The notes beneath the pieces are model-generated. The model saw only the letters and a program-made list of their open reading frames with translations. It did not search any database and was not told the DNA's origin. From NCBI GenBank assembly GCA_964016885.1, contig OZ024740.1, positions 76,508,001 through 76,572,000 of the forward strand: a stretch of 64,000 nt of DNA. The letters run 5' to 3'. This document shows, piece after piece, positions 53,974 through 64,000 of this stretch (the stretch's first letter is position 1; each line of letters begins with the position of its first letter). This DNA is from Eledone cirrhosa (taxonomy: Eukaryota). The translations under genes were made by a program, and so were the position numbers.

Positions 53974-53976
<3 letters not shown>
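53797..53976. mobile_element. Two SINE family 1 3' halves head-to-head (palindrome)
   Basis: 53797-53892 minus and 53895-53976 plus, each ending outward in (ATT)n. Confidence 0.8.
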
Positions 53977-54014
<38 letters not shown>

Positions 54015-54017
54015 ATA

Positions 54018-54073
<56 letters not shown>

Positions 54074-54080
54074 TAGATAG

Positions 54081-54131
<51 letters not shown>

Positions 54132-54165
54132 ATATATATATATATATATATAGATAGATAGATAG

Positions 54166-54238
<73 letters not shown>

Positions 54239-54253
54239 TAGATAGATAGATAG

Positions 54254-54306
<53 letters not shown>

Positions 54307-54433
54307 TATATATATATACATATGTGTATATATATATATATTCACACGTAAATATACATGCATATACACATACTCTCTCACACACACACATATGTATATA
54401 TTCATATATATACAAACACATACATACATGCAT

Positions 54434-54558
<125 letters not shown>

Positions 54559-55214
54559 CATACATACATACATAATACCCACTTCATTCATGTCATCTCA
54601 CTTACCATTCTATCTTGGGAACCATACAGCGACCACAAGACATCCAATTAGCATTATATATGACATCTGTTCACCATCTGCTAAATAATATTTCTTCAGT
54701 AAGCTGGACGCCGCTAGGATTAGAAATTGAAACCTTTTGATTCACTGGTTGCTCTCGGGGATCCTATCTCTCAACCTGTCATATAACACAGTAAGTATAA
54801 CTACTGTTACAGCGACTGCCAGAAAATCTCCAGGAATCTATTTTAATCTATGTATTCTATATCAACCATGAAGCTAAATGGTCACTTGAAGATAAGAAAA
54901 GTAATCTGAATGAAAGAAAATGGCGCTAGCTCTCTTTCTTTTAATTTTAATTGTTTTTATTTTTGTTTTGTTCGCATGAACACCCTGATATAGCGCTAAA
55001 ATACTGCGTTCACTTCAAACACCCCTTCTTCTTCTTCTTCTTCTTCTTCTTCTTCTTCTTCTTCTTCTCCTTCTTCTTCTTCTTCTTCTTCTTCTTCTTC
55101 TTCTTCTTCTTCTTCTTCTTCTTCTTCTTCTTCTTCTTCTTCTTCTTCTTCTTCTTCTTCTTCTTCTTCTTCTTCTTCTTCTTCTTCTTCTTCTTCCTTC
55201 TTCTTCTTCTTCTT

Positions 55215-55253
<39 letters not shown>

Positions 55254-55305
55254 AAGCACTACCACCACCACCACCACCAAAACCATTATTATTATAATTA
55301 TTACA

Positions 55306-57104
55306 GTTGCATTTACCTTGCTTTATGTTCATACGAGTTATCACCAAGTCACAACCAGTGACCTCAAGAGACAAACAAGGTCCGCCATGTTCAAGAAAGA
55401 ACATACATACTCATACATGCATCTTTAGTGTTTAGACTTGTGATGTACTTATATTGACAGAATCTTCCTTAGTATATGGGCAGTTCCCATTAGTACTATC
55501 TTTTGTATTTCTCCTATACGCGGGTTTCCTGGGATTTGCGATAAGTAATCATTAGACCCCTTATGTATCATTCCCAGAGCGCCTACAACCACTGGTATTG
55601 TTTTAGTTCTCAATTTCCACATTTTTCCAATTTCTATCTCCAGGTCCTTATACTTGCTCAATTTTTCAAATGTTTTTATAGATACATTCTTGTCTATTGG
55701 AACAGACATATCAATTAGCAGGCATACCCTCTTTTTAAAGTCCTTCAATATTATATCAGGTCTATTTGCATCTATTTTTCGCTCTGTTTGGATGCTAAAG
55801 TTCGAAAAGATTGAGATGTGATCTTTTTCAAGTATGGGAGGTGGTTGATGCTCCCACCAATTCTTTTGATGGGGCAGGTCAAAATGCTTACACATTATCC
55901 AATGTATGTATTGTGCAGCTCTGTCATGCCTGTTTAGGTATTCGGTTGGAGCTATAGGACTGCTCATTGAAATTATATGGTCAATGGTCTCTGGTTGTTT
56001 TTTGCATATACGGCATAATGGGCTGCATCCATTTTTTATTATGTTGGCTTGGTAATTTTTTGTTGGCAGACACTGATCTTGTGCTGATATAATCAGTCCT
56101 TCAGTCTCCGATTTCAGTCCAGAGGATGCCAACCACTGATGGGTTAAAGTTTTGTCAACATCAGGATTGTTAGCTCGCTCTGGGTATTTTCCATACAGAG
56201 GCTTTTCTTGCCATTTCTTAGCCAGTTTCTGTAGCAGTTCTTTCTTTGCAGTTACTTTTACCTGCTTTGCTTTTTCTGTGTTTTCCATTTCAGCAGTAAA
56301 TGGGACTTCTGAAATTTGTAGTCCATTACTGTATCTTTGTGCATCTTTTGTAATGGAATATGATCTTTTGATGCTTTCGTGTTTCAAAACGAGTTTGATC
56401 ATCCAATCATGTGATTCCCTTAGATATGTAGATAATCCAATTGTTGCAGTTTTCAACGCAATGTCTAACTGGATTAACCCACGTCCTCCTTCTTTCCTAG
56501 GGAGATATATTCTATCTATATCTGCCTTAGGGTGATGCATTCTGTGCATGGTTAAGAATTTTCGAATTTTTGTATCGAGCCTACGGATCTCTGTGCTTGA
56601 CCAGTTGATGACATTGTAACTGTAGGTTACTACTGGTATGGCAAGCGTGTTTATGGCATCAATCCTATTCCTTGCATTCAATTCCGTTCTTAAGATTGCT
56701 CTTACTCTGCGGTAACATTCCTTCCTTATCCTTTCCCTCATTGTCGAGTGCTTGATTCCGTCTCCTTCACAAACACCTAGATATTTGTAATTTTTTTCTT
56801 GATCAAGTTCTCTTATCACGTTCCCCCGATCAAGATTAATGTCTGAACTCTTCAGCAGCTTTCCTCTGGTGAACGTTGCTTTGGCGCATTTATCTAGTCC
56901 AAACTCCATTTTAATGTCATCACTGAACTGCTCCACAGTGGATAATAGCCCTTGCAATTGTTCATCATTTTTTGCAAATAGTTTCAGGTCATCCATGTAG
57001 AACAAGTGATTAATGGTTTTGTCATAGACTTTATATCCATGTTTTGTTTCATTGAGCATTTTACTTAATGGTATAAGTGCGATGCAGAATAAAAGCGGTG
57101 ATAA
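55306..57104 (-). mobile_element. R4/Dong-like family B, 5'-truncated within RT; open 536-aa frame 55449-57059
   Basis: FYMDDLKLF, CRIC..QPETIDHIIS, RHD, ANRPDII, DMSVP..K..EK..KY, PVVVGALG. Confidence 0.9.
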
Positions 57105-57177
<73 letters not shown>

Positions 57178-57180
<3 letters not shown>

Positions 57181-57681
57181 CTTGAATCTCAGTCATTGAT
57201 GTTGGTTAACTGGAAAGTCCGTTGGAATGAATATCAAGCCACTACCTGCAGCCTCAGATATGCAGGACGTATCGGAGGGTTCTTGCTGTTCCCAGCAAGC
57301 ATGCCTTTTGAAGCGTTCCAAAAAGCGTGAAGGGGCCGATTTTCTTTAACCATCCCTGGAAACTTTTGGAGATAGTCCCCAGTGCGCCTATGACAATCGG
57401 GATCACTTTGACTTCATGGCATTTCCAAATCCTTTTCACCTCCCACTTTAAGTCTTGGTATCGGTTAATTTTTTCCCTCTCCTTCTCTTGCACTCTCGTG
57501 TCGAATGGGCAGGCCACATCCACAATCAGACACGATCTTTTTTCTTTGTCCACAACCACCAGGTCAGATCTATTGTGTTCCAGTTTCTTGTCCGTCTGTA
57601 TCCTAAAATCCCACAGCACCTTCACCTGATCGTTCTCCATCACCGCCTCTGAACTATGCTCATACCATTTCTCAGAATGTG
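57178..57681 (-). mobile_element. R4/Dong-like family A, short 3' copy
   Basis: RLE ORF 57254-57643; (TAA)n flanks. Confidence 0.9.
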
Positions 57682-57713
57682 TATTATTATTATTATTATT
57701 ATTATTGTTGTTA

Positions 57714-59060
57714 TTCCTTGAATCTCAGTCATTGATGTTGGTTAACTGGAAAGTCCGTTGGATTGAATATCAAGCCACTACCTGCAGCCTCAGATATTCA
57801 GGACGTATCGGAGGGTTCTTGCTGTTCCAAGCAAGCATGCCTTTTGAAGCGTTCCAAAAAGCGTGAAGGGGCCGATTTTCTTTAACCATCCCTGGAAACT
57901 TTTGGAGATAGTCCCCAGTGCGCCTATGACAATCGGGATCACTTTGACTTCATGGCAGTTCCAAATCCTTTTCACCTCCCACTTTAGGTCCTGGTATCGG
58001 TTAATTTTCTCCCTCTCCTTCTCTTGCACTCTCGTGTCGAACGGGCAGGCCACATCCACAATCAGACACGATCTTTTTTCTTTGTCCACAACCACCAGGT
58101 CAGGTCTATTGTGTTCCAGTTTTTTGTCCGTCTGTATCCTAAAATACCACAGCACCTTCACCTGATTGTTCTCCATCACCGCCTCTGGCCTATGCTCATA
58201 CCATTTCTCAGAATGTGGTAAATTGTTTACTTTGCACAGGTGCCAGTGGATCACCCTGCCCATCACATCGTGTCTCCAGTGGGTCTGGGCTAGGTGTTTA
58301 CACTCGGACACAATGTGAGCCACAGTCTCCTCTCTCTCTCCACAGATCCTGCACAGTGGGCTAGCCTCCTCCTTGTAGATATGGTGCTTCAACCACTTCG
58401 TTTTGAGGGCCTGCTCCTGCGCAGCCATTAGCATTCCTTCTGTAGCCTTTTTGAGGTCTCCTCTTCTCAACCAGTTCCATGTCTGTGGATCTCTAAATTC
58501 AGTTTTCTCAAAGAAGGTACTATGAAGGGATTTTCCCTTAAGGCTGCTCTTCCTCCTTGATGTTATTTCCTCCTTGGACATCCCCTGGCCTACTGTCCCC
58601 TCCTTCAGTACAGTTCTGAGCATTGGCTCCTTACTATAGGTTACGTATTTGTATAGGTTGTTTTTCTCCATCTGAACACAGTCCTCTATGCTGATAAGAC
58701 CTCTTCCACCCTCAGATCTCCTTAGGTAGAGTCTATCGACATCACTCCTCTTGTGGAACATGTTGTAGATAGTCAATAGCTTCCTAGTCTTCCTATCCAT
58801 TTCTTTTTGTTCAGCAACATTCCATCTCAGAATTCCCGCACTGTACCTAATAATAGACACAGCTCGGGAATTTACTGCGCTTATGGCATTTCTGCTGTTC
58901 AGATGTGACTTCAATACGCTCCTTACTCTCCGAATGTATTCAGTTCTTAACAATTCCTTCATTTTTTTGTTCTTTATGCCATCAGCCTCCAGAATGCCCA
59001 AATACTTGTATCCTTCCTCAGAGTCAATTTCCTTTATCATCTCACCTGTTGGTATCTGGA
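57714..59060 (-). mobile_element. R4/Dong-like family A, 5'-truncated
   Basis: ORF 57790-59060 (its N-terminal poly-Ile comes from the (TAA)n spacer). Confidence 0.9.
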
Positions 59061-59088
59061 TTATTATTATTATTATTATTATTATTAT

Positions 59089-61923
59089 TTGCATTTATCT
59101 TGCTTTATGTTTATACGAGTTATCACCAAGTCACAACCAGTGACCTCAAGAGACAACAAGGTCCGCCATGTTCAAGAAAGAACACACATATTCACACATG
59201 CATCCTTAGTGTTTAGACTTGTGATGTACTTATATTGACAGGATCTTCCTTAGTATATGGGCAGTTCCCATTAGTACTATCTTTTGTATTTCTCCTATAC
59301 GCGGGTTTCCTGGGATTTGCGATAAGTAGTCGTTAGACCCCTTAGGTATCATTCCCAGTGCGCCTACAACCACTGGTATTGTTTTAGTTCTCAATTTCCA
59401 CATTTTTCCAATTTCTATCTCCAGGTCCTTATACTTGCTCAATTTTTCAAATGTTTTTATAGATACATTCTTGTCTATTGGAACAGACATATCAATTAGC
59501 AGGCATACCCTCCTTTGAAAGTCCTTCAATATTATATCAGGTCTATTTGCATCTATTTTTCGGTCTGTTTGGATGCTAAAGTTCCACAAGATTGAGATGT
59601 GATCTTTTTCAAGTATGGGAGGTGGTTGATGCTCCCACCAATTCTTTTGATGGGGCAGGTCAAAATGCTTGCACATTATCCAATGTATGTATTGTGCAGC
59701 TCTGTCATGCCTGTTTAGGTATTCGGTTGGAGCTATAGGACTGCACATTGAAATTATATGGTCAATGGTCTCTGGTTGTTTTTTGCATACACGGCATAAT
59801 GGGCTGCACCCATTTTTTATTATGTTGGCTTGGTAATTTTTTGTTGGCAGACACTGATCTTGTGCGGATATAATCAGTCCTTCAGTCTCCGATTTCAGTC
59901 CAGAGGATGCCAACCACTGATGGGTTAAAGTTTTGTCAACATCAGGATTGTTAGCTCGCTCTGGATATTTTCCATACAGAGGCTTTTCTTGCCATTTCTT
60001 AGCCAGTTTCTGTAGCAGTTCTTTCTTTGCAGTTACTTTTACCTGCTTTGCTTTTTCTGTGTTTTCCATTTCAGCAGTAAATGGGACTTCTGAAATTTGT
60101 AGTCCATTACTGTATCTTTGTGCATCTTTTGTAATGGAATATGATCTTTTGGTGCTTTCGTGTTTCAAAACGAGTTTGATCATCCAATCATGTGATTCCC
60201 TTAGATATGTAGATAATCCAATTGTTGCAGTTTTCAACGCAATGTCTAACTGGATTAACCCACGTCCTCCTTCTTTCCTAGGGAGATATATTCTATCTAT
60301 GTCTGCCTTAGGGTGATGCATTCTGTGCATGGTTAAGAATTTTCGGATTTTTGTATCGAGCCTACGGAACACTGTGCTTGACCAGTTGATGACATTGTAA
60401 CTGTAGGTTACTACTGGTATGGCAAGCGTGTTTATGGCATCGATCCTATTCCTTGCATTCAATTCCGTTCTTAAGATTGCTCTGACTCTGCGGTAACATT
60501 CCTTCCTTATCCTTTCCCTCATTGTCGAGTGCTTGATTCCGTCTCCTTCACAAACACCTAGATATTTGTAAGTTTGTTCTTGATCAAGCTCTCTTATCAC
60601 GTTCCCCCGATCAAGATTAATGTCTGAACTCTTCAGCAGCTTTCCTCTGGTGAACGTTGCTTTGGCGCATTTATCCAGTCCAAACTCCATTTTAATGTCA
60701 TCACTGAACTGCTTCACAGTGGATAATAGCCCTTGCAATTGTTCATCATTTTTTGCAAATAGTTTCAGGTCATCCATGTAGAACAGGTGATTAATGGTTT
60801 TGTCATAGACTCTATATCCATGTTTTGTTTCATTGAGCATTTTACTTAATGGTATAAGTGCGATGCAGAATTAAAGCGGTGATAAAGAGTCACCCTGAAA
60901 AATTCCACAATTAATGTTAACTTCTCCAGCTTCCAGTGATTTTGTTTCACTATTCAAAAGGAGTGTCGTTCTCCATGTCCTCATACTGAATGACAAAAAC
61001 CTCCTGATAACGGGGGATATTTTGAAAATCTCTAAACATTTTTCAATCCAACTGTGTGGCAAACTATCAAATGCTTTTTTATAATCTATCCAAGCAATCG
61101 ATAGATTTTTGTGTCTATTATGACAATCTTCCAGTATCATTTTGTTAACCAGAAGCTGATCCTTACAGCCATATGAGCCTCGTTTACACCCTTTCTGCTC
61201 AATGGGAAATAGGTCATTTGTTATCAGGTGGTCATATGTGTATTCAGTTAGGACTGATGTTAAAATGTTATACATTGTGGTCAAGCAGGTTATCGGTCTG
61301 TAATTTTTGGGATTGTTTGTCTCATCATTCTTCGGTAGCAGGAATGTAATGCCGTTAACTAGCCATGATGGTATCTTTTCTGGCTCCTTAACTATTTCAT
61401 TGTAAAGTTGGGCTAACAGCTCATGAGACTCTGTGAAGGCATTTATCCAAAAGTTTTGTATTTTGTCTTTTCCTGGGGATTTCCATTTGCTGGTTTTTCT
61501 TAGAGCCAAGCGCAGCTGTTCAACTGTTATATTTTCCCATGTTTGTTCTTCAAGGTGAGCTGTTTCTTTCCTTTGTCTGTCTATCCATGGGGCATGTATG
61601 TTATGAACTTTTTCTTCGGCCCAGATCTTTTCCCAGAATTCTTGCACTTCCTCCTTGGGTGGTATTGATTTAGCAGTTATTGTTGACTTACCAATTTTTC
61701 TGTAGAAGTTTCTTTGGTTGTTTTTGAACATATTATTGTCCTTATAGAATCTAGATCGTTTTTCAAAGCGCCTTATACGAGCAGCTTTGGCCGACACTTT
61801 TTGCTTGATTGTTTCTATCAGCATGTCTATGTCACATGTTGATCTTATACTGTACTTTTTTTTCAATTTTCTAAGTTTAGTTTGTTTAACATGTTCACCT
61901 ACTTTATAGTTTGTTAAAATTTC
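59089..61923 (-). mobile_element. R4/Dong-like family B, longest copy; RT+RLE split by a single nonsense change at ~60871
   Basis: ORFs 60871-61866 (WKSPGKD, NYRPITCL, EQKG, DYKKAFDS, GIFQGDSLSPL) and 59230-60840 are in frame; TAA here corresponds to TTA in the 55306 copy. Confidence 0.92.
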
Positions 61924-61972
61924 TTATTATTATTATTATTTCTTCTTCTTATTATTATTATTATTATTATTA

Positions 61973-62911
61973 TTTCAATTATCTTGCTTTATGTTCATAC
62001 GAGTTATCACCAAGTTACAACCAGTGACCTCAAGAGACAATAAGGTCCGCTATGTTCAAGAAAGAATATACATACACACACATGCATCTTTAGATGTTTA
62101 GACTTGTGATGTACTTATGTTGACAGAATCTTCCTTAGTATATGGGCAGTTCCCATTAGTACTATCTTTTGTATTTCTCCTATGCGCGGGTTTCGATAAG
62201 TAATCATTAGACCCCTTAGGTATCATTCCTAGAGCGCCTACAACCACTGGTATTGTTTTAGTTCTCAGTTTCCACATTTTTCCAATTTCTATCTCCAGGT
62301 CCTTATAATTGCTCAATTTTTCAAATGTTTTTATAGATACATTCTTGTCTATTGGAACGGACATATCAATTAGCAGGCATAACCTCTTTTTAAAGTCCTT
62401 CAGTATTATATCAGGTCTATTTGCATCTATTTATCGGTCTGTTTGGATGCTAAAGTTCCACAAGATTGAGATGTGATCTTTTTCAAGTATGGGAGGTGGT
62501 TGATGCACGCACCAATTCTTTTGATGGGGCAGGTCAAAATGCTTACACATTATCGAATGTATTTATTGTGCAGCTCTGTCATGCCTGTTTAGGTATTTGG
62601 TTGGAGCTATAGGACTGCACATTGAAATTATATAATCAATGGTCTCTGGTTGTTTTTTACATAATGGACTGCATCCATTTTTTATTATGTTGGCTTGGTA
62701 ATTTTTTGTTGGCAGACACTGATCTTTTGCTGATATAATCAGTCCTTCAGTCTCCGATTTCAGTCCAGAGGATGCCAACCACTGATGGGTTAAAGTTTTG
62801 TCAACATCAGGATTGTTAGCTCTTTCTGGGTATTTTACATACAGAGGCTTTTCTTGCCATTTCTTAGCCAGTTTCTGTAGCAGTTCTTTCTTTGCAGTTA
62901 CTTTTACCTGC

Positions 62912-62914
<3 letters not shown>
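61973..62914 (-). mobile_element. R4/Dong-like family B, older decayed 3' copy
   Basis: Homologous to 59089-60045 with small deletions and stops. Confidence 0.88.
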
Positions 62915-62960
<46 letters not shown>

Positions 62961-63163
62961 GTTCTTTGAGTCTCAGTCATTGATGTTAGTTAACTGGAAA
63001 GTTTGTTGAAATGAATATCAAGCCACTACCTGCAGCCTCAGATATTCAGGACGTATCGGAGGGTTCTTGCTGTTCCCAGCAAGCATGCCTTTTAAAGCGT
63101 TCCAAAAAGCGTGGCGGGGCCAATTTTCTTTAACCATCCCTGGAAACCTTTTGAGATAGTACC
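62961..63163 (-). mobile_element. R4/Dong-like family A, ~200-bp 3' stub
   Basis: GTISKGFQGWLKKIGP plus family A 3' UTR; (TAA)n flanks. Confidence 0.85.
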
Positions 63164-63214
63164 TATTATTATTATAATTATTATTATTATTATTATTATT
63201 ATTATTGGCGACCT

Positions 63215-63403
63215 GTTGGTGGTGAATTGGCAGTATCGGTAGAAGGTCGGACGCCATGCTTTAACGTATTGAGTTACGGCCCTTGTCATTCTGAGTTCAA
63301 ATCCCGCCAAGGTTAACTTTGCCTTTCATCCTTACGGGGTCGATAAAATAAAGTACCAGTAATGCACTGGGTAATTGCTGGCCTTGTGCCTAACGTAGAA
63401 ACA
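63215..63403 (+). mobile_element. Full-length SINE family 1 with TSD
   Basis: attattattggcgacct duplicated at 63198-63214 and 63404-63420. Confidence 0.88.
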
Positions 63404-64000
63404 ATTATTATTGGCGACCTACGTAGTAAATCGTATCATCGTGAGCTCCGTAAAGGTTTGTTATTTTCAGTTGTTTAAAATTGCCATTTACGGAAAATTG
63501 TTATTGTTAACTGTATATAAGTGCACATACATTGTTATCTGAAAAGGACACCCAAAAAGATTGGGGCCTTGAGCCCAAAATTTAAACTTTTATAATTATC
63601 ATACAAAGATTTTTCTTTGAAAAATCATGGAAGATTCAGAGTCACTCCTTCCTCACAAACTAACACCTCACACCGACACCACCATTGTAAATATTACTAC
63701 GTTTGCCAACACTAAAAATATAAGGAGTAGCAATATTTTAAATTTGTCTCAGGCAGACATTCATTTCCCGCCATTACCAATGACTGCAGGTGTTAAAGCC
63801 GCCACCACCACCACCGCGACCCCCCCCCCTTCACCACCGCGACAACCACCACCCACCACCACCGCGACAACAGAAACAAAAGAAAAAAATAAATTAACTC
63901 GTGATATCGAAATTAATTCAACCAAAATGAACTCTTCCACACCGAACACCACTGACGCCACCACCACCACAACTGAAACTAGAATTAATAATAACAAAAA

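Noticed and set aside
54951-55404. Poly-Phe and poly-Arg ORFs (also 45053-45661)
   Set aside because: (TTC)n/(GAA)n and (CTA)n microsatellites.

Overview
Eukaryotic, very AT-rich, microsatellite-saturated genomic DNA. The SINE families suggest an octopod cephalopod (inference). No host gene, rRNA/tRNA gene or CRISPR array could be supported, and most track ORFs are translations of (TA)n/(CA)n/(GGT)n repeats. Real coding remnants are all transposon-derived: a frameshifted Penelope-like element (RT + C-terminal GIY-YIG, 23917-28779, minus, ~320-bp direct pLTRs), an internally deleted Chapaev3 transposon (~11557-13335), seven R4/Dong-like RT+RLE non-LTR copies (six stacked head-to-tail through (TAA)n tails at 55306-63163), and RTE, Tx1-like and CRE-like fragments. 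A hAT MITE with a perfect 8-bp TSD carries a 56-bp tandem array. The main signal not shown by the ORF track is non-coding. About 20 type I hammerhead ribozyme (HHR) motifs, intact or decayed, from roughly 10 sequence families sit in short modules inserted into (TA)n or (CA)n. Many share an asymmetric fold-back (inverted arm plus unpaired 3' tail), and three families are head-to-tail units of ~430, ~475 and ~767 nt with one HHR each. These look like Penelope-dependent retrozyme-like elements, with a candidate (now dead) helper in the same window. All structures were read by eye and coordinates are approximate to a few bases.
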